A stretch of 64,000 nt of DNA, from contig CAZUYK010000003.1 in assembly GCA_964624905.1 (NCBI GenBank), positions 7,923 through 71,922 of the forward strand, given 5' to 3'. Positions within the stretch are counted from its first letter, which is position 1, and each line of letters begins with the position of its first letter. Source of the stretch: an uncultured Candidatus Peribacteria bacterium. GTDB lineage: Bacteria > Patescibacteriota > Gracilibacteria > Peribacterales > Peribacteraceae. Both the position numbers and the translations under genes were made by a program. The notes beneath the pieces were generated by a model. The model did no database searches. It had not been told where the DNA came from and saw nothing but the letters and a program-made list of their open reading frames with translations. Shown here piece after piece: positions 27,221 through 38,041 of this stretch.

Positions 27221-27796
27221 GTGATGCAGCAAACTGAAGAAGCACTCATAGAATCCTGCCAGAACGGCCGTCTGGTTGATTTTGAGGAACTCTACGTTCG
27301 CTATCTGAAAGGTATCTACGCGTTCATTTTCTACCGCACGATGGACCGGCCGGTCGCCGAAGACCTCACGAGCCAAACGTTCCTGAAGGCCTTGGAACAT
27401 ATCGGCTCATACGACCGGAACAAAGGGGCGTTCTCGACCTGGCTCTACAGGATCGCGCGCAATACGGTGCACGACCACTTCCGTACCAACCGCGACCACA
27501 GGGACATCGAGACCGTCTGGGACCTTCCTTCGGAAGACAACCCGTTCCTCTCCACCGAACAGTCCATCGCCGCACGCGAAATCCACGAAGCCCTGCAGGG
27601 CGTCGACAAGCAGAAACGCGACATACTCCTTCTCCGACTCTGGGATAACCTGCCCTACGCGGAGATCGCTCGCATCACGGGAAAGTCGGAGGCAAGTTGC
27701 AAGATGACCGTCTCCCGGACTCTCGACGATCTACGCACCGTACTCTCACCGTCCGCACTGCTCATTCTCACCCTTTTCCTCCCGACACTCCTATGA
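27221..27796 (+). CDS. RNA polymerase ECF-type sigma-70 factor
   Basis: Region 2 (DLTSQTFLKALEH...FSTWLYRIARNTVHDHFR) and region 4 (LPYAEIARITGKSEASCKMTVSR). Confidence 0.9.
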   Translation: MMQQTEEALIESCQNGRLVDFEELYVRYLKGIYAFIFYRTMDRPVAEDLTSQTFLKALEHIGSYDRNKGAFSTWLYRIARNTVHDHFRTNRDHRDIETVWDLPSEDNPFLSTEQSIAAREIHEALQGVDKQKRDILLLRLWDNLPYAEIARITGKSEASCKMTVSRTLDDLRTVLSPSALLILTLFLPTLL

Positions 27797-29289
27797 ATGA
27801 GATCCAATCCATCCTGAAAGAACTGCTCGCGGCCGATCCGTCGTTGAAAGACCGGGAGAAGGAACTCCTTCCTCTCCTGCAGCTTCTCGTCGAGAACAAG
27901 CCGGCAGCAGAGCCGACGGAAGACTTCAAACGCCGCCTGCATGCCGAAATCCGGATGCATACGCGCGCCGAGCCATCCGAATCCCCCCTTACCTCCTTCT
28001 TTTCCTTCCTTATGAACAAGCAATATTCCGTCGCCCTCGCAGGCCTCCTGCTCGGCGTCCTCATCACCGGCCCCGTGGTGTACTACGGCCTTCCTTCCGG
28101 CAATAACGGAGGTACGCCGTCCGGCACCCCGCTCTTCTCCTACTCCGTATCCGACACGGGTGCCAACGCGTTCGGCGATTTCTCCGCCGTCTCCGCTCTC
28201 GGCGCCCGCGGCCAAGGTGGCGGAGGAGGAGGCAATCCTGCTCCAGCCATGATGGCAACGGAAGGCTCTGCCGCGACCGATTCCAAGATGGTCGCTCCTG
28301 ATAGCATGATCTACCGCCCCCAGGTCTTCAAATTCAAGATCGACGGCGAGATCCCCGCGCTGACCGAGACCCAGGTCCAGGTCCTGCGCCGCAACAAAGT
28401 CATCACGTCCGCGGACGCCCAGGCCCTCCTGAAGACGTTCAACCTCGGATCGATCGACCTTGGCAGCTTCGGCTCGCTCAAGACCGATTCCGTCTCTCTC
28501 TACCAGGACGGCAAGAACGGCTACATGATGTACATCAGCTTCCGCGAAGGATCCGTATCCATCAACCAGAACTGGGAGACATGGGATCATCCGGAATCCA
28601 AGTGCACCACGGAAGCCTGCTTCCAGCAGTACCGCATTAAGGAATCCGACATCCCCGCCGATGACGTCCTCATCGGCATCGCCGACGACTTCGTGAAGGC
28701 GCACGGCATCGACCTCACGCAATTCGGACCCGGCGAAGTGGATAACTCCTGGCGCACGAGCCTAGCCGCCATGAGCGCCACGGATAGGGCGATGTACTGG
28801 TTCCCCGAGAGCGCGCGCGTCATCTACCCGCAGCTCATCGACGGAAAGCCCGTGTATGAACAGGGCGGCACGAAGGCCGGCATCTCCATCGGCGTCCACG
28901 TCCGCCAGAAGAAAGTTTCCGACGCGTACGGCATCCTGAGCCAGAACTACACTCGCTCCACCTACGAAGCAGTCACCACGTCGGGCGCGATCATCGACTT
29001 CCTCGACAGGTCGGGAAACATGTACGGCGGCGGCATGCCCCCGAACACGATCCCCCAGACGGTGGACGTCACGCTCGGTGCACCGACCCTCGGATTCACG
29101 AAGGTGTACAGCTACGAAGACGGCAAGGCGGACGAACTCGTCGTCCCCGCCCTCATCTTCCCGGTGAAGAGCGTGCCGGAAGGTTCGTACTACTACCAGC
29201 AGAGCGTCACGGTTCCGTTGGCGAAAGAGCTGATGGACAAGCTGCTGCTGCAGTACCCGGTGATGCCGATGGAGGGCGCGGTCCGCTAA
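27793..29289 (+). CDS. membrane-anchored protein downstream of the ECF sigma gene (putative anti-sigma factor / sensor)
   Basis: Its ATG overlaps the sigma stop (ATGA). It has a short cytoplasmic N-terminus, one TM helix (VALAGLLLGVLITGPVVYY) and a roughly 380-aa extracytoplasmic domain. Confidence 0.65.
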   Translation: MNEIQSILKELLAADPSLKDREKELLPLLQLLVENKPAAEPTEDFKRRLHAEIRMHTRAEPSESPLTSFFSFLMNKQYSVALAGLLLGVLITGPVVYYGLPSGNNGGTPSGTPLFSYSVSDTGANAFGDFSAVSALGARGQGGGGGGNPAPAMMATEGSAATDSKMVAPDSMIYRPQVFKFKIDGEIPALTETQVQVLRRNKVITSADAQALLKTFNLGSIDLGSFGSLKTDSVSLYQDGKNGYMMYISFREGSVSINQNWETWDHPESKCTTEACFQQYRIKESDIPADDVLIGIADDFVKAHGIDLTQFGPGEVDNSWRTSLAAMSATDRAMYWFPESARVIYPQLIDGKPVYEQGGTKAGISIGVHVRQKKVSDAYGILSQNYTRSTYEAVTTSGAIIDFLDRSGNMYGGGMPPNTIPQTVDVTLGAPTLGFTKVYSYEDGKADELVVPALIFPVKSVPEGSYYYQQSVTVPLAKELMDKLLLQYPVMPMEGAVR

Positions 29290-29316
29290 GCAAACAGCCG
29301 ATTCTCAGGCTTTGGA

Positions 29317-29343
29317 AAGGCCCCTGAACAAGGGGCTTTTTCT
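29317..29343 (+). terminator. rho-independent terminator
   Basis: AAGGCCCCT-gaaca-AGGGGCTTTTT. Confidence 0.7.
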
Positions 29344-29379
29344 TGTATTGAACGCCTGATTTTGCGTACACTACCGCCC

Positions 29380-30270
29380 ATGCAAGCCCCCTGGCACATC
29401 GTCACCTTCTACAAATTCCTCCCCATCCCGAAAGCGGATGTGGAGTCGCTGCGCGACGCGTGGAAGAAGGAAGGCGAGCGCCTGGAAATCTGCGGCCTCT
29501 TCCTGGTAGCCGAAGAAGGGGTGAACGCGACGATCGCGGGAAGCAGGGAAAACGTCGGGGCGTTCCTGTCCATCGTGGAACGTACGACGGGACCGCTGAC
29601 GGTAAAAAGCAGCGAAGCGGAGAACAAGCCGTTCCGCAGATGGAAGGTCGCGATCCGCGAAGAGATCGTCGCCATTGGAAAACCCTCGATGCATCCGTCG
29701 TCGGAGATGAACAGGCACCTGACACCAGAGGAATTCAAGAAAACGATCGAAACGGAAGACGTGGTGATCATCGACGCGCGCAACACCTACGAAACGGCGA
29801 TCGGGAAATTCAAGAACGCGTTCGACCCGAAGACGAGGACCTTCCAGGAGTTCCCCGACGCGGTGAAAAACGCGAACCTTCCCAAGGACAAGAAAATCCT
29901 GATGTACTGCACCGGCGGAATCCGCTGCGAGAAGGCGCTGATGGAGATGCAGGAGCAGGGCTACGAACATGTCTATCAATTGCAGGGCGGCATCCTCTCG
30001 TACCTGGAAGCGTTCCCCCAGACGCACTTCGAAGGCGAATGCTTCGTCTTCGACCATCGCGTCGCTGTGGACCAGACGCTGAAGCCCTCGACACACTACG
30101 GACTCTGCATCTTCTGCGGCGATCCCGGCGACGTGCGCGCGTCCTGCGAATGCTGCAACCAGGAATCCGTCCGATGCGTGCGATGCGCCCCGTCGAAGCC
30201 GGCCGTTTGCAGCAAACTTTGCTTGCAACGGCGCGAGCAGAAACTCGCGAGAGAAGCCCGGGCCGCGTAA
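29380..30270 (+). CDS. trhO: rhodanese-domain tRNA uridine(34) hydroxylase TrhO (UPF0176/YceA)
   Basis: IVTFYKF..., CTGGIRCEKA, and a Cys-rich C-terminus. Confidence 0.85.
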   Translation: MQAPWHIVTFYKFLPIPKADVESLRDAWKKEGERLEICGLFLVAEEGVNATIAGSRENVGAFLSIVERTTGPLTVKSSEAENKPFRRWKVAIREEIVAIGKPSMHPSSEMNRHLTPEEFKKTIETEDVVIIDARNTYETAIGKFKNAFDPKTRTFQEFPDAVKNANLPKDKKILMYCTGGIRCEKALMEMQEQGYEHVYQLQGGILSYLEAFPQTHFEGECFVFDHRVAVDQTLKPSTHYGLCIFCGDPGDVRASCECCNQESVRCVRCAPSKPAVCSKLCLQRREQKLAREARAA

Positions 30271-30327
30271 GAGGCGGCTTTTCGGTACGTCTATTCACTC
30301 ACTTTCCCCCATTACCCCCTTTCCCGT

Positions 30328-30489
30328 ATGGCTGCATACCTCATGGATGACGAAGACGATGACGCGACTCCGGTGACGGACGACGCCGTTTTGGATGACG
30401 ACGAAGAGGCAGATGATCTTGATGAAACGGATGACGAAGAAGGAGATGACGAAGAGCTGCTCGTCGTGGACGAAGACGGCGACGAATAA
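30328..30489 (+). CDS. 53-aa hyper-acidic protein (candidate)
   Basis: Not in the ORF track (under 60 aa). MAAYLMDDEDDDATPVTDDAVLDDDEEADDLDETDDEEGDDEELLVVDEDGDE has 30 D/E and no K/R/H. It fills an otherwise empty gap with backbone-like codons. Confidence 0.4.
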   Translation: MAAYLMDDEDDDATPVTDDAVLDDDEEADDLDETDDEEGDDEELLVVDEDGDE

Positions 30490-30506
30490 TCACGAAATAA
30501 ATTCGC

Positions 30507-32999
30507 TCAGGCTGCGCGGCGCCTCTGGTGCGCCGCCAGTTTGAAGCACTCAAGCGCCATGAATCCCGCTACGGCGACGCCGAGGATCACGGCCCAATCG
30601 CGGATGGTGATCGGGGATATGTCGAAGAGGACGTACGTCGGGGGCGAGAGCAGGATGCCGACCTGCAGGAGCAGGGGGATCAGGACGGCCCCGAGCAGCC
30701 ACTTGTTCGAGAAGAACCCGATGGTCCACAGCGGGCGCGAACTGCGGCTGGTAAAGGCGAGGAGGATTTCGAAAAGAATCGAGAACGTGAACACGATGGC
30801 GCGGACCTTGGGCAGGTTTTCCTCGCCGAACCACACCGTGCTGGCCTTCAGATACACAAGGAACGTGAGTCCGCATGCGAGGATGGCACCGAGGAGCAGA
30901 CGCGGCCACTCCCCCGCGAAGAGGCTTTCCCTCTGCCTGCGCGGCTGGCGCTGCATGATGCCAGGTTCCTCGTTTTCCATACCCAGGGCGAGTGCCGGCA
31001 GGCCGTCGGTCATGAGGTTGATCCAGAGCAAGTGGACGGGCAGCAGCGGCAGCGGCAGGCCCATGATGACCGTAAGCGTGATGAGCGCCATCTGCCCCAG
31101 GTTCGCGCGTACGAGGTACAGGATGAACTTGCGGATGTTGTCGTAGATACGCCGTCCTTCGCGGATCGCCATGACGATCGTGGCGTAATTGTCGTCGGTG
31201 AGGACAAGGCTCGCCGCCTCGCGCGCCACCTGCGTTCCGTCGCGTCCCATCGCGATGCCGACGTGCGCGGCTTTCAAAGCGGGCGCGTCGTTCACGCCGT
31301 CCCCCGTCATTGCCACCACGTTGCCGTGCGATTGCAACGCCTTGAGGATATCGATCTTGTGCTGCGGCGACACGCGCGCGTAAATGGACACGTACTGCAC
31401 GGCATCCTTCAGCTGCTCAGGCGTCATGCGGTCCAGCGCGGCGCCGTCGAGCGCGTGCCCCTTGATGCCGACCTTCCTGGCGATCGCGGAAGCGGTATCC
31501 ACGTTGTCGCCCGTGATCATCACGGTGCGGATGCCGGCGGACGCGGCGTCCCTCATGGCCCGCATCACTTCCTTGCGCGGGGGATCCTGCATACCCATAA
31601 GCCCGATCAGACGGAGTTCGCCCTTCTCCTCCATGGCCATGGCGAGCACGCGGAGTCCGTTGCCTGCCATACGCATGGTCTGGGCAAGCACCTCGGCTTG
31701 GTCGCAATGGTCGCAAAGCGCGACGATCTTCTCGGGCGCGCCTTTCATGAACAACCTGGGACCGTGGCGGGTCTGCATGTACTTCAGCTCGGATGAGAAC
31801 GGCACGGTTTCCTCGTCGATATCCAGGCGCTCGATGCCCTTGCCCTTGGCGTAATGGAGCAGTCCGATCTCCGTGGGATCGCCCAGGTTCGGCAGCGACG
31901 CGCGATTGCAGGAAATGGCGATCTGCACGAGCAACTTTTCGCTTTCCCCTTCCGCCACCCATATTTCCGTCACCTTCATCTTGTTTTCGGTAATCGTCCC
32001 CGTCTTATCGGAACAGATGATGTTGACGCTACCCAGCGTTTCGAGCGCATCGAGCCGCATGACGAGCGCGTTCTTCGCGGCCATGCGCTTCACGCCCATG
32101 GCAAGGCACGCGGTCACGACTGCGGGCAAACCTTCGGGCACGGCGGATACCGCGAGACTGACGCCGAGCAGCACGACGGACAACGCCGGTTCGCCGCGAT
32201 TCCATTGCAATACCGCGAGCGCGGCGCTGAGCGGGACGACGACCGCCCCGATGAGCGCGCTGAAATGCTTCATGCGGTTTTCCAGCGGCGTCGGCGGGGT
32301 TTCGGATTGCGTGACAAGCGTGGCGATGGTGCCAATCTGCGTATCTTTTCCGATGGACGTGACGACGTACTCGGCGGACCCGCGCGTGACGAGCGTTCCC
32401 GCGAAGAGCATGTTCTTCTGGTCGCTGATCCCGGCCTCGCGCGGTACGGCATCGCTCGTTTTCCCTGCCGGCAAACTCTCGCCGGTCAGGCTCGACTCGT
32501 CCGCCTCGGCATGAGACAACTCCAAAATGCGTCCGTCGGCGGAAATACGGTCGCCCGCTTCGACGATGACGATGTCCCCGGGAACAAGCTCGCGCGACGT
32601 GATGAGCATCTCGCGGCCGGCCCTGCGCACGCGTGCATGGGGGGACGTGAGATCCTGCAAACTCTCCAGCGCCTTCCCTGCGCGGTACTCCTGCACGAAA
32701 CCGAGGACGGCATTCAGGATGAGAATGGCGAGGATCGCCCCGATGTCGACGTTCTCTTCCCAGGACCCCGAGCCCTCCAACACGCGCAGCGCGATGGAGA
32801 GGAACAGCGCGACGATGAGGATATACACCAAAATATCCTGGAACTGGCGCAGGAACAGGAAGATCAAACTCTTCTTCTTATGCGGCAGTTCGTTCCATCC
32901 GTGCTCCCTCCGTTTCAACTCAATGGACGCGTCGTCCAACCCCTCGCGGAAACTCCCGAGACGGATGAGCGTTTCGTCCGATGACAGCGAGTGGAACAT
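30507..32999 (-). CDS. P-type cation-transporting ATPase (P2/Ca2+-type)
   Basis: ICSDKTGTITENKM, MITGDN and MTGDGVNDAPALK, with 10 TM helices. Confidence 0.95.
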   Translation of the reverse strand: MFHSLSSDETLIRLGSFREGLDDASIELKRREHGWNELPHKKKSLIFLFLRQFQDILVYILIVALFLSIALRVLEGSGSWEENVDIGAILAILILNAVLGFVQEYRAGKALESLQDLTSPHARVRRAGREMLITSRELVPGDIVIVEAGDRISADGRILELSHAEADESSLTGESLPAGKTSDAVPREAGISDQKNMLFAGTLVTRGSAEYVVTSIGKDTQIGTIATLVTQSETPPTPLENRMKHFSALIGAVVVPLSAALAVLQWNRGEPALSVVLLGVSLAVSAVPEGLPAVVTACLAMGVKRMAAKNALVMRLDALETLGSVNIICSDKTGTITENKMKVTEIWVAEGESEKLLVQIAISCNRASLPNLGDPTEIGLLHYAKGKGIERLDIDEETVPFSSELKYMQTRHGPRLFMKGAPEKIVALCDHCDQAEVLAQTMRMAGNGLRVLAMAMEEKGELRLIGLMGMQDPPRKEVMRAMRDAASAGIRTVMITGDNVDTASAIARKVGIKGHALDGAALDRMTPEQLKDAVQYVSIYARVSPQHKIDILKALQSHGNVVAMTGDGVNDAPALKAAHVGIAMGRDGTQVAREAASLVLTDDNYATIVMAIREGRRIYDNIRKFILYLVRANLGQMALITLTVIMGLPLPLLPVHLLWINLMTDGLPALALGMENEEPGIMQRQPRRQRESLFAGEWPRLLLGAILACGLTFLVYLKASTVWFGEENLPKVRAIVFTFSILFEILLAFTSRSSRPLWTIGFFSNKWLLGAVLIPLLLQVGILLSPPTYVLFDISPITIRDWAVILGVAVAGFMALECFKLAAHQRRRAA

Positions 33000-33951
33000 C
33001 GGCAGTGATTATATTGTTTTATTGTAGTTGTAACCACTTCTAGGAGTGGATTAAGTGAGTTATTTGCTTTTTAAATATGATAATGAGATCATAAGAATCC
33101 ACGGAAACAAACCGTGTCAACGAATCGCCACAAAACTTCGAGACGAAAAGTCAGAAAGAGACCCCTAATACAAATACAATTGATGTTAGAGAAGGGATTC
33201 GTGTTGTTGTAGAAAACCAAGAAAAGATAAATGGCAATTGGCTTTATGCAAAACCTGTTTGGCAGTTCATCCAAGATGCAAAAAATGGAACATTTCTCAG
33301 TGATAGTTTAGTCGAAGAATATATTCGAACATTTCATCACGAGCCACCAGAAGCAGAAGTTGAATCATGGAATCGGTCATTAATTTCAATAGCGAATCTT
33401 CTTGAGAGAGCAGAATTTTTCAATCAATTTATATTTTTGGAATATTTGATTCCATCGAATAATGAAAACCCCAGAAGAATTGATGTTGCAATAGCTGGAA
33501 CCGATATAAATGGAGATGAGCATTTGGTGCTTTGTGAGTTAAAACAATGGCAGGCATGTGAAATGGAGGAATCGATCGATTCAGACAAGATAAGAATTAA
33601 AATAAATAAAAAACTTATGAATGTTTTACACCCATCAATACAACTCGATAACTACGAACGCCAGATGAAAGAGGTTTTAGAAAAATGCGGCCGAGATGAT
33701 TCATTTCTAAAACTGCATTCATTTGTTTATTTTCACAATGAAAATTACCTCTCAAAACAAAAACAGGAAATTCTTTTTGCAGAGAAATTCAGAGAAAAAA
33801 CTGATACAACTAAGATTTATACAAGAAAATTTGATAGAAAAATCATTAAATTGTTAAGAGAAAAAGTAGGAGCTGGACATGGCCTTATGGTTGCAAGAAA
33901 ACTGCAATATCTTCAAGGAAAATACTTGCAGCTACTTAATGCAAAATAATC
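33000..33951. other. AT-rich compositional islet
   Basis: There is a visibly abrupt drop in GC between the ATPase start (32999) and the typA stop (33952). Confidence 0.7.
33077..33949 (+). pseudogene. decayed DUF2075-type gene: N-terminal PD-(D/E)xK-like domain only
   Basis: ATG at 33077 followed by an in-frame TAA at 33092. The same frame stays open from 33095 to 33949 with no ATG/GTG/TTG before 33437. The translation EVESWNRSLISIANLLE...FLEYLIPSNNENPRRIDVAIAG...LVLCELKQW...VLHPSIQLDNY matches the DUF2075 N-terminus. No P-loop ATPase half follows. Confidence 0.6.
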
Positions 33952-35763
<1,812 letters not shown>

Positions 35764-35850
35764 ACGAAAGAGGGTCAAAAAAGCATCCCGAAATCGGGAG
35801 CCACCCTTATAGTGTGTAAAAGGCCGAAAATCAATCGAAAATGGCTGTTT

Positions 35851-36321
35851 CTATGCCGTTTTGGCCGCTTCATGCTTCAATAACCATTCTTTCCTCTCCA
35901 TGCCCCAGGCATACCCTCCGCCGTTCTCGCCTTTGGGAAGGATCCGATGGCAGGGAACGATAAGGCATAAGGGGTTCCTGCCCAACGCCGTACCGACAGC
36001 GCGGACCGCTTCCGGATGCCCGATGGCCGCGGCGATATCGCCGTAGTGGACCGTCTCCCCGAAACGAACGTCGGACGTCGCTTCCCACACCTTCAGCTGG
36101 AACTCCGTTCCGCGCAATACCAGCGGGAGCGAGTCGAACGCCTTGCGGGAACCCCCGAAATATTCCTGGACCTGCGCGACGCATTGGAGAAACGCGACAG
36201 GGAGATGGTCCATCGACTCTTCCTTCTCCTCCGCAAAATCCACGTGCGTGATGCCGCGCTCCGTGCCGCTGATGCGCACGCGTCCTATGGGGGAATCGAC
36301 GTACGTCCTGAATATTTGCAT
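35851..36321 (-). CDS. ogt: methylated-DNA--protein-cysteine methyltransferase
   Basis: IVPCHRIL active site and a GGSRKAF..LKVWEA pattern. Confidence 0.9.
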   Translation of the reverse strand: MQIFRTYVDSPIGRVRISGTERGITHVDFAEEKEESMDHLPVAFLQCVAQVQEYFGGSRKAFDSLPLVLRGTEFQLKVWEATSDVRFGETVHYGDIAAAIGHPEAVRAVGTALGRNPLCLIVPCHRILPKGENGGGYAWGMERKEWLLKHEAAKTA

Positions 36322-36373
36322 GCTTTCATCCTACTCCGGGGAAACGCGCAATCAAACAAACGGGAGGGATTTG

Positions 36374-36382
36374 TGGTATGAT
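36374..36382 (+). promoter_or_regulatory. extended -10 element TGgTATGAT, 6 nt before the ATG at 36389 (leaderless)
   Basis: TGGTATGAT-CGGCAC-ATG. Confidence 0.45.
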
Positions 36383-36388
36383 CGGCAC

Positions 36389-36592
36389 ATGTGGTTCCCC
36401 ATGCATCCCAGGCAACCGTACGAAAAAGGTCCGTCCGCGGCGCGGTCGTGGCTTTTGCTCCTGAGCATCGTTTGCATCGTGTTCGGACTGGCCATCATCG
36501 AGGCTCCGGAACTGCTCGCATACATCGTCGCATCATTCTTCATCCTCACCGGCGTTTCCCTCCTGCTCACATGGTGGAAGCTCTTCCGGTAA
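36389..36592 (+). CDS. small two-TM membrane protein (DUF3096-like)
   Basis: MWFPMHPRQ...WLLLLSIVCIVFGLAIIEAPELLAYIVASFFILTGVSLLL. Confidence 0.55.
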   Translation: MWFPMHPRQPYEKGPSAARSWLLLLSIVCIVFGLAIIEAPELLAYIVASFFILTGVSLLLTWWKLFR

Positions 36593-36723
36593 CCGACCCG
36601 GCCTGCACGATCGAAACCAAGTGCTACGTCTGCGGCGGCGAATTGAAAGAACGCAGGCTGAAGAAACACTGCACGGTCTGCGGCACGTTGTGCGAGACTT
36701 GTTGCGATAACGGAAGGGAGTAA
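36571..36723 (+). CDS. 50-aa Cys-rich zinc-ribbon-like peptide (candidate)
   Basis: MVEALPVTDPACTIETKCYVCGGELKERRLKKHCTVCGTLCETCCDNGRE contains CxxC-x11-CxxC plus CC. It overlaps the previous gene by 22 nt. No SD seen. Confidence 0.3.
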   Translation: MVEALPVTDPACTIETKCYVCGGELKERRLKKHCTVCGTLCETCCDNGRE

Positions 36724-36747
36724 CATCGCGTACTTTCCCATTTTTCC

Positions 36748-37281
36748 ATGGAGAATCAGACGGAAACCCCGGGCCACGATGCGTTAGGAGACGATTTGGC
36801 GCAACAGATACTGAAATTGGATCTTCCGGAGGGAAGCAAGATCGATATATCGGGACTGGATGCCGAGGGCATCAAGAATCTTCTCACAGAGCTATCCAAG
36901 GGCGATGGAGCGGATGCGGAACAGAGGGCGCGCCTCCACTTGCCTTCCGGCAGCTTGGTGGACATTGCCGGACTGACCGAGGAAGGAATGCGAAGCCTGC
37001 TGGCAACCCTTCCGGAAGACGTGCGCCTGGATATGGCGACCGGCGGCGTGAGCGCGACGGACAAGGGTTTCCTGGAAGGCGTGAAGCAGCACGTCCTGGA
37101 AAAGGTCGCCCCGGCACACGCGACGGGAAAGGAAATCCGCAGGAACGTGAAGGAAGTCATGAGCGGTTTCGGAGCCGGAACCATCAGAAATACAAAGGAA
37201 GCACCGGGACGCAACGATCCCTGCTCCTGCGGCAGCGGGAAAAAATACAAACAGTGCTGCCTGGGCAAAAAGAGGAAATAA
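36748..37281 (+). CDS. SEC-C motif domain protein
   Basis: The C-terminal GRNDPCSCGSGKKYKQCC is the SecA-type metal-binding motif. Confidence 0.8.
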   Translation: MENQTETPGHDALGDDLAQQILKLDLPEGSKIDISGLDAEGIKNLLTELSKGDGADAEQRARLHLPSGSLVDIAGLTEEGMRSLLATLPEDVRLDMATGGVSATDKGFLEGVKQHVLEKVAPAHATGKEIRRNVKEVMSGFGAGTIRNTKEAPGRNDPCSCGSGKKYKQCCLGKKRK

Positions 37282-37323
37282 AAAATCCGCCAGACGCATG
37301 GGTCTGGCGGGGGTTGGTTTTTC
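37281..37323. terminator. bidirectional rho-independent terminator
   Basis: AAAAAT-CCGCCAGAC-gcatgg-GTCTGGCGG...TTTTT. On the minus strand the stem is followed directly by ATTTTTTATTT. Confidence 0.7.
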
Positions 37324-37352
37324 TCGGCCGCCTGACCGGTGGGGGCAGGCAG

Positions 37353-37835
37353 CTATACGGTTGCGGGAACTCGACGTTCGGTTTGCTTCGGGCGAAACTT
37401 CTCGGCCGTCTTTTGAATGACGGCGATGGCGGCCGCGGACATGTACAGGCCGGGTCCGTCGTACTCTTCGCCCGGCGCCGCGATTTTTACGTCGCGTGCG
37501 ACGGCTTCGAGCAAATGAGGCGTCTTTTTCTTGCATGCCCCGATCGCATTCGGGATCTGGCCGTGGGGAACGAGAACGCCGAAGTTCAACTCCATCGAAT
37601 TTTCGTCGATGATGAAGAACGATTCGCTCCGTTCCATGAGGCGTTCGGCGTCGCGGCGACCGAACGATTCGCGCAACTGTCGCCTGACCCACTCTTCCCC
37701 TTCGGATCGGCTGCCGACATCCTCGCTGTAGGTGAGACTGTGGGTACCGTCGGACTTTCTCTTCAGGTACGCGAACGCGCCCTCGCCGGACGAAGCGCAG
37801 ATGACGAGCAAACGGACTTTAAACTTGGCGGACAC
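37353..37835 (-). CDS. hypothetical protein, degenerate Nudix-like (paralog 1)
   Basis: This is the real part of the 433-aa track ORF. GTG at 37835 is preceded by GAAAGGAG at an 8-nt spacing, giving 160 aa. GSRSEGEEWVRRQLRESFG resembles a partial Nudix box. Confidence 0.6.
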   Translation of the reverse strand: MSAKFKVRLLVICASSGEGAFAYLKRKSDGTHSLTYSEDVGSRSEGEEWVRRQLRESFGRRDAERLMERSESFFIIDENSMELNFGVLVPHGQIPNAIGACKKKTPHLLEAVARDVKIAAPGEEYDGPGLYMSAAAIAVIQKTAEKFRPKQTERRVPATV

Positions 37836-37973
37836 TGGGAACACTCCTTTCGTGCGATGCTTCCGTAACCGGATATGAAAAATGAACAGATTGATGAAAA
37901 ACCGTTCGCGCGATATATCACCGTGGCCCTTTCCTGTAAAGGGTCTAAGAGAGAACTTTCCCTGACTTTCGCA

Positions 37974-38003
37974 TGGAAAAACGGCAGACCGCGAGGGTCT
38001 GCC
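37974..38003 (-). terminator. rho-independent terminator after 38042..38527
   Basis: Minus strand GGCAGACC-ctcgc-GGTCTGCC followed by GTTTTTCC. Confidence 0.6.
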
Positions 38004-38041
38004 GCGTTCCGGCTTTTCAGCCGCTCCAAACGGCCGCGTCG

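Noticed and set aside
27655-28722. 355-aa minus-strand ORF.
   Set aside because: It is antisense to the anti-sigma-like gene, which is translationally coupled to the ECF sigma gene and has a sensible TM topology.
30528-32984. Two long plus-strand ORFs (422 and 376 aa).
   Set aside because: Both are antisense to the P-type ATPase, which carries all canonical P-type motifs.
35776-35800. Hairpin TCCCGA-tt-TCGGGA plus a T run between ogt and typA (minus strand).
   Set aside because: The stem is only 5-6 bp with a 2-nt loop, and it sits within about 15 nt of the typA start. It is too weak to call a terminator.
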